Shown: positions 18,798 through 29,301 of the stretch, piece after piece
Layout: the number at the start of each line of letters is the position of its first letter
Position numbering within the stretch: position 1 is the stretch's first letter
Origin: an uncultured Nitrospira sp.
GTDB lineage: Bacteria; Nitrospirota; Nitrospiria; Nitrospirales; Nitrospiraceae
Assembly: GCA_964435885.1 (NCBI GenBank)
Contig: CAYTAS010000008.1
Location: forward strand, 5,953-69,952
Direction: 5' to 3'
DNA length: 64,000 nucleotides
The notes under the pieces: model-generated
Told to the model about the DNA's origin: nothing
Database searches by the model: none
What the model saw: only the letters and a program-made list of their open reading frames with translations
Made by a program: the position numbers and the translations under genes

Positions 18798-19693
18798 GCG
18801 CGTCCCTCTCCGACTCGGAGGAGTGAGACCACACTTCCTGCGAGGCCCAACCCCATTCCTGCCATCACGAGGGCGACGCAAAAAGAAAACGGAAAGAATG
18901 ACAGCATGCTCTCAATGCCACTGAACCGACCAGTCAACTGCATCTGCTGACGAAACAGTTCAAACCCAACTTTCATGATCCCCAATGACAATGCACTCCC
19001 GAAGGCTCCAAGCACGGCCCCTTCGAGAAAATACGGAATACGAATGAAAGTGCGCGTCGCGCCTATGGAACGAAGAATCTCTATCTCCTCCCGCCTGGTA
19101 AAAAGTGCGAGCCGAATCGTGTTGCCGATGATCGTCACCGAGGCGGCAGAAAGCAACATGCCCACCGCGATCGCAACCAGCTCGATGTAACCGATCAACT
19201 CAGCCAACACGTTGATCCATTCTTGATTATAATCGACCTTGGCGACGCCTTCCATCGTTTGCACCCGTTTGGCCCAGCCTTGCATCGACTCCGGAGACCG
19301 ATAATTCTTGGCAAGCGTGACGACGAACGACGCCGGAAGCGGGTTCTCACCTAATCCCTCAAGCAAATGAGAATCCGCGGGGAATTGTGCGCGAAACTCC
19401 CTCAGGGCTTGCTCCTTTGAAATAAACAGCACCCCTGATACCATCCGATCCACCTTGAGCTGTTGCTCAAGCGCCTGCCTCCCATCATGAGAAACTCCGT
19501 CATCCAGATAGACCATGATCTTGACGTCTTCCTGGAGCGATCCGGCTGCATTCCGCAAATTCACGTACAAGAGCAGAAAAATGCCGACGCAGGCCAACGT
19601 AAAGGCTGTGGTCAAGACGGCCACGATCGTCGTCGTGCGATTGGTCCTCATATTGGCCCACGCTTCACGAACGATATACACGAACCGTCTCAT
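18794..19693 (-). CDS. ftsX: Cell division permease FtsX
   Basis: ENPLPASF, IIGNTIRLALFTRREEIEI, GAT..FIRIPYFLEG. Confidence 0.93.
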   Translation of the reverse strand: MRRFVYIVREAWANMRTNRTTTIVAVLTTAFTLACVGIFLLLYVNLRNAAGSLQEDVKIMVYLDDGVSHDGRQALEQQLKVDRMVSGVLFISKEQALREFRAQFPADSHLLEGLGENPLPASFVVTLAKNYRSPESMQGWAKRVQTMEGVAKVDYNQEWINVLAELIGYIELVAIAVGMLLSAASVTIIGNTIRLALFTRREEIEILRSIGATRTFIRIPYFLEGAVLGAFGSALSLGIMKVGFELFRQQMQLTGRFSGIESMLSFFPFSFCVALVMAGMGLGLAGSVVSLLRVGEGRA

Positions 19694-20379
19694 GCTTCGA
19701 CTCGCTCAGTCGATCGGCGTTCCGCCGTCAGCACTCCGTCCACCAGCGTCACCGTCCGACGATTAATCTGCTTCACGACCTGAGGATCGTGCGTGGCGAC
19801 AATAACGGTCGTCCCACGGGCATTGATCAACTTGAATAACTCGATAATTTCCCCGGTGCGCTCAGGATCGAGGTTTCCCGTCGGTTCGTCGGCAAGGAGT
19901 ATGACCGGTCCATTGACAATCGCTCGTGCAATGCACACACGCTGCTGTTCTCCGGCCGAGAGACTGTTCGGAGGCTGATCCTGCTTGTGATCGACACTCA
20001 CAGCGCGCAACGCCTCCGTCACTTTCCGCCGGATGTCCTTCTCGGACAGGCCTTGAACGACCAGCGGCAGCGCCACATTGTCGAAAACGGATTTTTTCGA
20101 TAGGAGACGAAAATCCTGGAATACCGTCCCGATCTTCCGTCGGAGATACGGAATCTCCGATAGTTTCAGCTTGGTCACGTTTCGGCCGTGCACGAAGATC
20201 TGTCCTTCATCGGGCTGCTCGTCGCCAATCAGCATGCGAAGTAAGGTAGATTTACCCGCTCCGCTTGGCCCCATGAGAAGAACGAATTCCCCCTTCTCGA
20301 TCTCAATCGTGACATCGAGGAGCGCCGCGCGCCGGTCGTAGGATTTCGAAACATGGATGAGTTGAATGATCGCGTCCAC
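19690..20379 (-). CDS. ftsE: Cell division ATPase FtsE
   Basis: GPSGAGKST, VFQDFRLL, LSAGEQQR, LADEPTGNLD. Confidence 0.95.
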   Translation of the reverse strand: MDAIIQLIHVSKSYDRRAALLDVTIEIEKGEFVLLMGPSGAGKSTLLRMLIGDEQPDEGQIFVHGRNVTKLKLSEIPYLRRKIGTVFQDFRLLSKKSVFDNVALPLVVQGLSEKDIRRKVTEALRAVSVDHKQDQPPNSLSAGEQQRVCIARAIVNGPVILLADEPTGNLDPERTGEIIELFKLINARGTTVIVATHDPQVVKQINRRTVTLVDGVLTAERRSTERVEA

Positions 20380-20408
20380 GGAATTCCCTTACAGAAGGAC
20401 AAGAGTTG

Positions 20409-20789
20409 TCACGGCTCAGTGACGTCAAACGCGTTCTGGACGTGCTCGATGTGTCCCTGCGCAGAAGGTCGCCCATGGACCAACACGACATCAAATCGGC
20501 AGACCTTGTCGGACCAGTGGCGCCGTGCCAAGTACAGTCCGGCCAGTTTTGCCAATTTGGCCCGCTTGCGATGGTTGACCGCCAGCAACGCCCCGCCAAA
20601 AGCTTCGGTCGCCCGACCTTTGACTTCGACAAAGACGACGACTCCACGGTCTTCCGCCACAAGGTCTAATTCTCCGATGGAAGTCCGTACGTTGCGATCG
20701 AGGATCCGATAGCCCTTGGCACGCAGAAGCTGTTCGGCCAAGCTTTCGCTGGCTTGACCATACACATGACGCTGGTCCGGAATAGTCAT
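20409..20789 (-). CDS. yraN: YraN (UPF0102) family putative endonuclease
   Basis: GYRILDRNVR..GELDLVA, VFVEVK, RFDVV. Confidence 0.9.
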   Translation of the reverse strand: MTIPDQRHVYGQASESLAEQLLRAKGYRILDRNVRTSIGELDLVAEDRGVVVFVEVKGRATEAFGGALLAVNHRKRAKLAKLAGLYLARRHWSDKVCRFDVVLVHGRPSAQGHIEHVQNAFDVTEP

Positions 20790-20793
20790 GCGC

Positions 20794-21453
20794 TTACAGC
20801 TCGAAGAGCCTAGGGCTTTCCGAAGGAGCAGGGCCCATCTTTGCCGCACTCATCACGTCCTGCACTGGGGAGAAGGTTCGACGGTGTATGGAACAGGGGC
20901 CATGACGAGCAAGTCGTGCTAAGTGTTCCGCCGTACCATAGCCCTTGTGAGACAGGAAGCCATATTCAGGGAACGTCTCGTGATAGTTCGCCATCAGGCG
21001 ATCACGCGTAACTTTCGCGACGATGGACGCGGCAGCAATCGATATAGAGAGGGAATCCCCCTTAATAATGTGCCTTGTCGGCACCTTGAGCCCGGGAAGC
21101 ACTACGGCATCAATAAGTACATAATCCGGAAGGGGAGCCAGTTGATCGATGGCTCGGCGCATCGCCAACCGGGTCGCGGCCAGGATATTGAGTCGGTCAA
21201 TCTCCGCAACCTCCGCCGACCCGATGCCAACCGCCACGGCCAGTTCAAGAATCTCGGCATACACATGCTCACGATCCTTTGCCGACAGTTGCTTCGAATC
21301 GTTGATCCCGAGCAGCGGACATCGTATTGGGAGGATGACCGCCGCCGCAACCACGGGCCCAGCCAGGGGGCCTCTCCCAGCTTCATCGATACCGGCAATG
21401 CGTCGATAGCCACGGAGCCTGGCGACCCGTTCGAACTCCTGGGTGGGCCCCAT
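20794..21453 (-). CDS. rnhB: Ribonuclease HII
   Basis: AGIDEAGRGPLAGPVV, DSKQL, KGDSLSISIAAASIVAKV, HKGYGT. Confidence 0.96.
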   Translation of the reverse strand: MGPTQEFERVARLRGYRRIAGIDEAGRGPLAGPVVAAAVILPIRCPLLGINDSKQLSAKDREHVYAEILELAVAVGIGSAEVAEIDRLNILAATRLAMRRAIDQLAPLPDYVLIDAVVLPGLKVPTRHIIKGDSLSISIAAASIVAKVTRDRLMANYHETFPEYGFLSHKGYGTAEHLARLARHGPCSIHRRTFSPVQDVMSAAKMGPAPSESPRLFEL

Positions 21454-21521
21454 CAAACACTCCCTCACCGGCAATCATGCGATCATCTGGCCATGATGGA
21501 ACATAGGTTCAGGGATGTGAC

Positions 21522-21941
21522 CTATGCCGTGACTGTCGTTTCTGTCGCTTCTTCCGATGCAGCGGGCTGCGCGGACGTTTTGCTCCCTCCCCCTCCTACA
21601 AACTCCCGCTCCTCAACTTTTGCGAACCTCCCCTTTTTGCCGCGCAAGTAGTAGAGTTTCGCGCGTCGAACCTTCCCCTGTCGAACCACGTCAATCTTGG
21701 CGACAATCGGAGAATGCACCGGGAAAATCCGCTCAACCCCGACTCCGTACGAAAGTTTTCGAACCGTAAACGTTTCCGTATTCAAGCTTCCCTTGCGGGC
21801 AATCACCGTTCCTTCGTAGACCTGAATCCGTTCTTTTTCGCCTTCGACGACTTTCACGTGGACCCTGACGGTATCCCCGATCTCGAAGTGAGGCACTGAC
21901 TTCTTCGTCAACGATCGCTGAATTCGTTCCAACTGATTCAT
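21522..21941 (-). CDS. rplS: 50S ribosomal protein L19
   Basis: [29 protein letters not shown]. Confidence 0.98.
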   Translation of the reverse strand: MNQLERIQRSLTKKSVPHFEIGDTVRVHVKVVEGEKERIQVYEGTVIARKGSLNTETFTVRKLSYGVGVERIFPVHSPIVAKIDVVRQGKVRRAKLYYLRGKKGRFAKVEEREFVGGGGSKTSAQPAASEEATETTVTA

Positions 21942-21945
21942 ATCC

Positions 21946-22731
21946 CTATCCCTCCTCCCTGCATGCTATCGGAGCCGTCACCAAGCCTTCGCTCATCAAC
22001 TCATCTAACAACCGTCGATCCTCACTCGTAAACAGCCGATCGTGCAAAAGATCGGGGCGTCTCAGGTACGTGCTGCGCAACGCTTGCTTTCGACGCCACA
22101 ATCGAATCGCCTCATGATGGCCAGACAGCAAGACTTCGGGCACCCCGATTCCACCGATCTCGGCCGGTTTCGTATATTGCGGATACTCCAACAGCGATTC
22201 TGAAAAGGACTCGTCCAACGCAGACCGTGGGTCTCCTAAGACACCAGGAACCAAGCGTGCGGCGGCATCGATCAATACCAGCGCTGGTAATTCTCCTCCG
22301 GTCAGGACATAGTCCCCGAGTGACACCGCCTCGGGGGCCAAGGCCAGCCGCACACGTTCATCCACTCCTTCGTAATGCCCGCACAGAATCACGATGCGGC
22401 GACGCTCACCGGCCAACTCGTGCGCGTATTGTTGCGTCAATCGGCGACCATGAGGAGTCGGAAACACGATCCGAATATCCTCTCCATTCGACTGTGCGCC
22501 TTCCCGTACCGCGGCAACCGCCCGAAGAATCGGCTCCGCCTTCATGACCATCCCGGCCCCGCCTCCATAGGGCGTGTCATCCACCACTTTATGGCGATCT
22601 GTCGCGAAGTCCCGCACGTTATGGATGTTCACGCGAAGAAGGCCCTTCTCTTGTCCTCGCTTCAATATACTGTGAGTCAAAACCGGCTCAAACATCCCCG
22701 GAAACAATGTCAATATTTCGAACCGTAACAT
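21946..22731 (-). CDS. trmD: tRNA (guanine-N1)-methyltransferase
   Basis: [37 protein letters not shown]. Confidence 0.97.
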   Translation of the reverse strand: MLRFEILTLFPGMFEPVLTHSILKRGQEKGLLRVNIHNVRDFATDRHKVVDDTPYGGGAGMVMKAEPILRAVAAVREGAQSNGEDIRIVFPTPHGRRLTQQYAHELAGERRRIVILCGHYEGVDERVRLALAPEAVSLGDYVLTGGELPALVLIDAAARLVPGVLGDPRSALDESFSESLLEYPQYTKPAEIGGIGVPEVLLSGHHEAIRLWRRKQALRSTYLRRPDLLHDRLFTSEDRRLLDELMSEGLVTAPIACREEG

Positions 22732-22732
22732 G

Positions 22733-23251
22733 CTAGCCATCCAATCCGTCGATCATCCGAACTGTCATCATTCGAGCGTGAAGATCAACCGCTCGAACCA
22801 GGTCTTTCGCCGCCGGGATCAAGAGTTCTTTCTCTTCGTGACGGACAACAAATACCGGATTTCCAGGCAAATTCCAAATTTCTTCCACTCGACCGACGAT
22901 CCGTCCTTCCTCGGTATGCACGGTCAACCCGATCAAATCACACTCGTAATACTGCCCCTCCGGAAGGTCGGGCACCGATCCACGAATCGTCTGAATGTAA
23001 CCTCCACGCCAAAGAGACGCTTCCTCCGGTGTGGTGAGACCGACCAGTCTAAGTATGAACCGAGCGCCAGCCCGTCTCACATGCGTGACGCTAGTCTCAA
23101 GACTCCGTCCATCTCTTCCAATCAGACCGACTCGCCGCAACCCTTCAAATCGGCCGGGCACATCCGAAAGCGGGCGAACCTTGATCTCCCCTCGGACGCC
23201 AAACGGACGTTCGATCTGGCCCACCGTCACGGTCTCGAGTTGATCCGCCAT
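22733..23251 (-). CDS. rimM: Ribosome maturation factor RimM
   Basis: PFGVRGE, YYECDLIG, LLIP; position between rpsP and trmD. Confidence 0.93.
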   Translation of the reverse strand: MADQLETVTVGQIERPFGVRGEIKVRPLSDVPGRFEGLRRVGLIGRDGRSLETSVTHVRRAGARFILRLVGLTTPEEASLWRGGYIQTIRGSVPDLPEGQYYECDLIGLTVHTEEGRIVGRVEEIWNLPGNPVFVVRHEEKELLIPAAKDLVRAVDLHARMMTVRMIDGLDG

Positions 23252-23260
23252 CCTACGACG

Positions 23261-23554
23261 TTATGATTTGGCCGGCGTCTTTTTTTGCGCGGCCTTTTCG
23301 GCTTCAAATTGCTTCCAGACCCCGGCCCTGCGCAGCAAGGTCCGCACGGTGACCGTGGGCTGAGCACCGTGGTGCAGCCACTTGAGCACACGATCCTGCT
23401 TGAGTTCCGGGACACCGGCCTCTTTTAGGGGATCGAAGATCCCAAGGATCTCAAGGAAACGTCCGTCGCGGGCCTTCCGTGAGTCCGCCGCTACCACTCG
23501 ATACATCGGTCGTTTGTGTCTTCCCGTTCGAGCCAGCCTCAAATGTACAGCCAC
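23261..23554 (-). CDS. rpsP: 30S ribosomal protein S16
   Basis: LRLARTG..RPMYRVVAADSR..RDGRFLE, GAQPT. Confidence 0.97.
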   Translation of the reverse strand: MAVHLRLARTGRHKRPMYRVVAADSRKARDGRFLEILGIFDPLKEAGVPELKQDRVLKWLHHGAQPTVTVRTLLRRAGVWKQFEAEKAAQKKTPAKS

Positions 23555-23589
23555 AACTGTCCTCCTTCTCCCGCCTATGTGAAGACCGC

Positions 23590-24936
23590 CTACCGAGACC
23601 GTAAGAGCTGGGCGAGCTGCCGACGCCCACCCGAACCGGTCATCGCTTTTGCCAACTTCTTTGCGGACAAGAATTGCTTGATCAGGCGATTCACGTCCTG
23701 CACCGTGGTACCGCTCCCGCGGGCAATTCGCTTTTTTCGGCTCCCATTGATGATCGTATGATCTCGGCGTTCCCGCGCGGTCATCGAATCGATCACGGCA
23801 ACGACCCGACCGATCTCGCGCTCCGGCCTATCGCCTTCGAGCGCTTGTTTTAACTTTTGACCGCCCGGAAGCATGCCCAACATTTGCTCCAAGGACCCCA
23901 TCCGACTCACCTGCCCCAACTGAGTCCGAAAATCCTCCAGCGTAAACGTATTACTGCTGAGCCGCTTCTGCGATTCCTCCGCTTGCTCCCGAGTGATGCT
24001 CTCTTGCGCTTTTTCAATGAGCGATAAGACGTCGCCCATCCCCAGTATGCGGGAGGCCATCCGATCCGGATGAAACGGTTCAAGAGCATCCAACTTCTCG
24101 CCGACACCCAGAAACTTGATGGGCTTGCCAGTCGCAGCTCGAACAGAGAGAACCGCTCCCCCACGTGCGTCACCCTCGACTTTCGTTAGAATCACGCCGG
24201 TGAGCCCAACCTTGTGGTCGAACTGGCCGGCCATCGTGACGGCATCCTGACCGGTCATCGCATCTGCAACCAGCAGCACTTCATGAGGAGACACTGCGGA
24301 CTTCACGGCGATCAGTTCGCCCATCAATTCTTCATCGATATGCAAGCGACCGCCGGTATCCAATATGACGAGGTCGAAGCCCTGCTCTTGTCCTCGATCG
24401 ACCCCTGCGCGACAGATGCGCACGACATCGGCTTGTGAAGCCTGGGCATAATCGATCCGATGAACGTCCACTCCAAGATCACGACCCAGGGCCTCCAATT
24501 GCTCACCGGCTGCGGGTCGGCGAGGATCAGCCGCAACGAGGAGCACGCGCTTGCCTTGATTCTTAAAGAGACGCGCGAGCTTGCCGCTCGCCGTCGTCTT
24601 TCCGGCGCCTTGCAAACCGACCATCATCACGATCGTCGGCGGTCTGGAGCTCAGGGCTAGGCCAGCCCGTTCATGCCCCATCATTGCACGCAGCTCATCC
24701 CAGACGACCTTGACGACCTGGTGCCCAGGCGTCAAACTCTGGAGCACCTCCTGCCCGATCGCTTTTTCACGGACCCGATCGATAAACTCTTTGACAATCT
24801 TAAAGTTGACGTCCGCTTCGAGCAGCGCAAACCGCACTTCTTTCAGCGCTTCGGTAATATTTTGCTCCGTGAGCACACCCTGCCCGCGAAGCTTCCGTAA
24901 GACCTTCTCGAACTTCTCGCTCAGCGCATCAAGCAT
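23590..24936 (-). CDS. ffh: Signal recognition particle protein
   Basis: ALLEADVN, GLQGAGKTT, DTGGRL, TKVEGDARGG, FHPDRMASRILGMGD. Confidence 0.97.
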   Translation of the reverse strand: MLDALSEKFEKVLRKLRGQGVLTEQNITEALKEVRFALLEADVNFKIVKEFIDRVREKAIGQEVLQSLTPGHQVVKVVWDELRAMMGHERAGLALSSRPPTIVMMVGLQGAGKTTASGKLARLFKNQGKRVLLVAADPRRPAAGEQLEALGRDLGVDVHRIDYAQASQADVVRICRAGVDRGQEQGFDLVILDTGGRLHIDEELMGELIAVKSAVSPHEVLLVADAMTGQDAVTMAGQFDHKVGLTGVILTKVEGDARGGAVLSVRAATGKPIKFLGVGEKLDALEPFHPDRMASRILGMGDVLSLIEKAQESITREQAEESQKRLSSNTFTLEDFRTQLGQVSRMGSLEQMLGMLPGGQKLKQALEGDRPEREIGRVVAVIDSMTARERRDHTIINGSRKKRIARGSGTTVQDVNRLIKQFLSAKKLAKAMTGSGGRRQLAQLLRSR

Positions 24937-25025
24937 GCCGTCTGACCGCCACAAAGAAAGAGGCCATCGAGGCCTTGAACCAGGCCTTCGATCGCCTCGA
25001 AAATCCTAGAAAAAGATCATCGGGG

Positions 25026-25054
25026 AGTCTATAGGACCGGGAAAGACAAGTCAA
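25026..25054 (-). promoter_or_regulatory. Sigma-70 promoter of the ffh-rpsP operon
   Basis: TTGACT-17 nt-TAGACT. Confidence 0.6.
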
Positions 25055-25078
25055 GGCCGTCACAAGTCAGTAGTTTTA

Positions 25079-25108
25079 TTGACATGCCGCAAATCTTCGG
25101 AGTATGGT
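25079..25108 (+). promoter_or_regulatory. Divergent sigma-70 promoter of the DUF4321 gene
   Basis: TTGACA-18 nt-TATGGT. Confidence 0.5.
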
Positions 25109-25165
25109 GCATTTTAAGCACGACGAACTTCACGAGTTGATCCTGTACGGAGGACAAGCGGTCGC

Positions 25166-25426
25166 GTGAGAAAATCGCCCTGGGTACTCCTCATGTTTGT
25201 GCTGATCGGTGGCCTGCTTGGCGGAATCCTCGGAGAAGTTCTCCACCTTATGGCACCCCAAGGGACCATCCAGAGCATCTTCTCGACTCATTTCACGCCC
25301 GGTATCGACCCGCCTCTCACCATAGACCTCGTCTTGATCAAGCTCGTACTAGGGTTCGGTGTGAAGATCAACATTCTGAGCGTTCTCGGGATGTTTATCG
25401 GCATCTACCTCTACAAGCACGTTTAG
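25166..25426 (+). CDS. DUF4321-like small membrane protein
   Basis: [10 protein letters not shown]...PLTIDL...KINILSVLG pattern. Confidence 0.7.
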   Translation: MRKSPWVLLMFVLIGGLLGGILGEVLHLMAPQGTIQSIFSTHFTPGIDPPLTIDLVLIKLVLGFGVKINILSVLGMFIGIYLYKHV

Positions 25427-27420
25427 GATTCCGCATTCAACGCGTGAAGCCGCAACGATCGAATCTGGTTGCGCAATTCCGCAGCCCGTTCGAAGGCCAG
25501 CTCTTTGGCCGCCGCTTTCATCTCCGTCTCCAATCGTTCGATCCGTTGATCGATTGATTCGGTACCCCCATACGGCGCCACCGACTCCGCCGCAAGATCC
25601 AGCTGCACATAATCCATGTCGCCGACCCCATACTCGAGCGGAGGTATATTCTTCGTAATCCCAACAGGAGTGATGCCATGTGCTTGGTTATACTGAGCCT
25701 GGATGGCTCGGCGTCGGTTTGTTTCCTCAATCGCTTGTGTCATCGAATTAGTTACAACATCACCGTAAAAAATCACCCGTCCGGCAAGATTGCGCGCCGC
25801 TCGACCTGCCGTTTGGATCAACGCGCGATACGAACGCAGATAGCCTTCCTTATCGGCGTCCAAAATAGCGACAAGACTGACCTCGGGGAGATCGAGCCCT
25901 TCGCGCAGCAAGTTGATCCCGACCAGCACATCGAAGATCCCGCATCGGAGATCGCGGACGATCTCGGCTCGCTCGAGCGTCTTGATGTCCGAATGCAGAT
26001 ACCGAACCTTCACGCCAAGGTCGTGAAAATACTCCGTCAAATCTTCCGCCATCCGCTTCGTGAGCGTCGTGACCAACACCCTGCCGCCCTTGGCAATCTC
26101 CGAACGAACCTGACCAAGCAGCTGATCGACTTGCCCCTTTGCCGGCGCCACCTCGATCGGCGGATCCATGAGCCCGGTTGGACGCACAATCTGTTCGATC
26201 ACGTCAGGGCCGGCATGCCGGAGCTCAAATGCGCCGGGCGTGGCGGAAACATACACCACCTGGTTAAGACACCGCTCGAATTCGGCAAATTTGAGCGGGC
26301 GGTTGTCGACTGCCGACGGAAGTCTGAATCCATACTCCACCAGTGTCCGTTTTCGGGAATAGTCGCCTTCATACATGCCCCCGACCTGGGGAACGGTCGC
26401 GTGTGACTCATCGACAATCAAGAGAAAATCCTTCGGAAAATAGTCCAGCAACGTGGGAGGCGCTTCACCCGGAATCCGGCCGCTGAGATGGCGTGAGTAG
26501 TTTTCGATGCCATGACAATAGCCCATCGCTCGGATCATTTCGAGGTCGAATTTGGTGCGTTGCTGAATTCGTTGCGCCTCCACCAAGCGTCCTGCTTTCC
26601 GGAAATACGACACGCGCTCATCGAGCTCCTCCTCGATGCCGGTAATGGCTCGTTCATAGTGGTCGGGAGCGATGAGATAATGGGTATTCGGGTAGATGGC
26701 GACCTTGGGCAACTTGCCCATCGACTTTCCGGTGAGCGGGTCGATTTCATGGATGGCATCGACGACGTCTCCGAACAACTCGATGCGCACCGATTTCGCC
26801 TCGGACGAAGCCGGGAAAATCTCGATCACATCGCCTCGCGCCCGAAATGTCCCTCGATGAAAGTCCACATCATTCCGCTCGTATTGGATCTCCACTAACT
26901 TCGACAAGATCTTTTCCCGCCTCGTCTCTGTCCCCTCCTCCAGGTAAATGAGCATGTCATGATAGACCTCCGGAGACCCCAACCCGTAAATACAGGACAC
27001 GGAAGAGACGATCAGGACATCGTTCCGTTGGAGCAGTTCGGTCGTGGCAGAATGGCGCATCTGATCGATGGCGTCATTGATCGACGCATCCTTGGCAATA
27101 TAGGTATCGCTCTGGGGGATGTACGCCTCCGGTTGATAATAATCGTAATAGCTAATGAAGTATTCCACTGCATTATGGGGAAAGAACTGCTTGAACTCTT
27201 GATAGAGTTGTCCGGCGAGGGTCTTGTTGTGGACCAGCACCAGAGTCGGCTTCTGCACCCGCTCAACGATATTGGCCATCGTAAAAGTCTTGCCCGAGCC
27301 CGTGACCCCGAGCAAAACTTGATGCTTCTTCCCAGTCAGGATACCGGTCGAAAGCTTGTCGATGGCGGCGGGCTGATCCCCGCAGGGTTTGAAGGGAGCT
27401 GAAAGCTTAAAATGCGGCAC
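25423..27420 (-). CDS. uvrB: Excinuclease ABC subunit B
   Basis: [39 protein letters not shown]-terminal UVR domain. GTG start proposed from the GGAG spacing. Confidence 0.97.
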   Translation of the reverse strand: MPHFKLSAPFKPCGDQPAAIDKLSTGILTGKKHQVLLGVTGSGKTFTMANIVERVQKPTLVLVHNKTLAGQLYQEFKQFFPHNAVEYFISYYDYYQPEAYIPQSDTYIAKDASINDAIDQMRHSATTELLQRNDVLIVSSVSCIYGLGSPEVYHDMLIYLEEGTETRREKILSKLVEIQYERNDVDFHRGTFRARGDVIEIFPASSEAKSVRIELFGDVVDAIHEIDPLTGKSMGKLPKVAIYPNTHYLIAPDHYERAITGIEEELDERVSYFRKAGRLVEAQRIQQRTKFDLEMIRAMGYCHGIENYSRHLSGRIPGEAPPTLLDYFPKDFLLIVDESHATVPQVGGMYEGDYSRKRTLVEYGFRLPSAVDNRPLKFAEFERCLNQVVYVSATPGAFELRHAGPDVIEQIVRPTGLMDPPIEVAPAKGQVDQLLGQVRSEIAKGGRVLVTTLTKRMAEDLTEYFHDLGVKVRYLHSDIKTLERAEIVRDLRCGIFDVLVGINLLREGLDLPEVSLVAILDADKEGYLRSYRALIQTAGRAARNLAGRVIFYGDVVTNSMTQAIEETNRRRAIQAQYNQAHGITPVGITKNIPPLEYGVGDMDYVQLDLAAESVAPYGGTESIDQRIERLETEMKAAAKELAFERAAELRNQIRSLRLHALNAES

Positions 27421-27479
27421 GATCATCTCCTGTAACAACCAGGATCCACTACGGGAACGTCTGGTCCTGTGGCCCAATG

Positions 27480-27512
27480 AAAAAAGGGCTGCCGGAGGTT
27501 CCGGCAGCCCTT
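27480..27512 (-). terminator. Rho-independent terminator after the RRM gene
   Basis: AAGGGCTGCCGGA/TCCGGCAGCCCTT stem, 3-nt loop, U-run on the minus strand. Confidence 0.85.
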
Positions 27513-27537
27513 CGTCTCACATACGGCAGATTCGCAG

Positions 27538-27834
27538 TTAGCCGCGGCCGCCGAATCCTCCTCGCCCTCCTCCGCCGGAACGGGGCTCCTGAGGACGCGC
27601 TTCATTCACCGTTAAGGTGCGCCCGCCGAATTGCGTGTCGTTCAACGCAGTAATCGCTGCCTGTGCCTCACCGTCCGCCGACATTTCGACAAACCCGAAT
27701 CCTCGCGACTGACCGGTAAACTTGTCCGTGATGATCCGCGCCGACGCGACGGTTCCGTGCGCGGCAAACAAGTCGCTCAGTTCTTGCTCGGTCGTTGAGT
27801 AGGGTAATCCGCCAACATAGATCTTCGCACCCAT
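27538..27834 (-). CDS. RRM RNA-binding protein with a Gly-rich tail
   Basis: RNP2 IYVGGL, RNP1 RGFGFVEM, LTVNEARP, GGGRGG tail. Confidence 0.95.
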   Translation of the reverse strand: MGAKIYVGGLPYSTTEQELSDLFAAHGTVASARIITDKFTGQSRGFGFVEMSADGEAQAAITALNDTQFGGRTLTVNEARPQEPRSGGGGRGGFGGRG

Positions 27835-28085
27835 CAGCTCCTCCTTATGACACAATGATGTTGTCTTGGACGCGAGAAAACAGCGATGAAGGGATGGGCC
27901 GAAGACGTCAACACAACGGCGATTTAGCTCTGTCTTCCGATCAGATTCCCAGGCGAGCCCAAAACAACATTCGTCCAGGCCTTGTCACTCTCCGCGCCGG
28001 TCTTGCCAGGCCTTTCGCACACCGGCAACGCGATGCTACTCCAGACCGCTGGAAAAGGCAAGCTTGAGATGAACCCGGCCGGCCG

Positions 28086-28886
28086 TCAGTAGGCCGGCGG
28101 GGAAGACAGCGGCCGGTGAGAAAAGAGCGGAACCGCGTGGAAACTATCGAAAAACATCGCGGATTTCCCGACCAAGACGAATCCGACCAGGCCTAATCCC
28201 AGCGCTTGGTCCTCAACGGAAAGAACCAGCGTGCCATCGACAGACACCTCGATAAAATCTTTACTGATGATGGTATTCCGTTGCACCCTGAGGGAATGCC
28301 AATCGCTCTCCTTGAGGTTGACGAAAGCCTGAGCGAGGGGCGTCCCGCGGCCATCGGAGATACGCAGCACTTGTGCGTGGCGTTGTCCCGAATCGACAAC
28401 CGCAGCGTAGAAATTCTTGGCGTCGCGCGCACCCAGGACCAGCCCCCCGACTCCCACGCCGCCCGGCGTATGAAAGCGAACGCTGAGGTCCGGATATTCA
28501 TACTCGAGTCCCTTGACCAACAACACCTGAAAGCACTGCTGCGCGCAGACGGATGAGCCGGCAACGACATTCGGCGGGGACGGTGCATTCGTGCTCGCCC
28601 GTACCAGCCACGTCGCTGGAAGCTCATCGTCGGAGATGCCTGGCTCGAAGCCCTCCGGAAGGTTATGGATCTGATCCTGATCGAAAGTCCACTTTTGGAA
28701 GAGCCCGCCGGTCGCTTGCTGTTTGAGATTGGCGGCCTTTTCTTCACGGGTTTCGGACTGAAGGCCATAGCTCGAACCGGCTTCCACCAGCCAACCCAGG
28801 GCGGCCAAGAGCAGGACGAACCGCATAAGTTGGAGTTGTCTCATGAAAGGCGGCTGAGCGCGATCCAGCGACCACACACCTCTCAC
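28086..28886 (-). CDS. Exported hypothetical, probable concanavalin/lectin-like beta-sandwich
   Basis: Signal-like segment; GGLVLG..D.KNFY, WHSLRV, VSVDG..V...ED beta-strand pattern. Confidence 0.6.
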   Translation of the reverse strand: MRGVWSLDRAQPPFMRQLQLMRFVLLLAALGWLVEAGSSYGLQSETREEKAANLKQQATGGLFQKWTFDQDQIHNLPEGFEPGISDDELPATWLVRASTNAPSPPNVVAGSSVCAQQCFQVLLVKGLEYEYPDLSVRFHTPGGVGVGGLVLGARDAKNFYAAVVDSGQRHAQVLRISDGRGTPLAQAFVNLKESDWHSLRVQRNTIISKDFIEVSVDGTLVLSVEDQALGLGLVGFVLVGKSAMFFDSFHAVPLFSHRPLSSPPAY

Positions 28887-29137
28887 CTTGTGTTGAGTGG
28901 TTTCTTAATTTGAAGAATCTCGCGTTGTAACCGGTCGCGTTCGTCGAGAATTTTCTTTCTGCGCGCCCATCGATCCCACGTCCACCACCGCAGCTTTTCC
29001 TTAAATGTCACCGTCGGCGGCTTAGCGCTGCCACCTGGAGCCTGCTGAAATGAATAGCCTTCATGGCTGTCGCGTTGCTCGAAAAAGCGTCGGTACAAAT
29101 GATCGTATAGTCCTTTTCCTAACTCTCCGCCTGCCAT
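28883..29137 (-). CDS. Hypothetical protein (84 aa)
   Basis: GGAG RBS before ATG 29137; stop overlaps the next gene start. Confidence 0.6.
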   Translation of the reverse strand: MAGGELGKGLYDHLYRRFFEQRDSHEGYSFQQAPGGSAKPPTVTFKEKLRWWTWDRWARRKKILDERDRLQREILQIKKPLNTR

Positions 29138-29301
29138 ACTCGCTCCGTTACCATAGGATCGCTCTTTATCCTCTTGGCTCGACGACCGACCCAAGCGATG
29201 CTAAATAGTACCTGGGCGCAATGTGGCTCTGCAACCTGCATAGCCGGCTATGCTATGATCTGAATGGTGAAGAAGTTGCCCTCTACGGTCAGGATTTTAC
29301 C

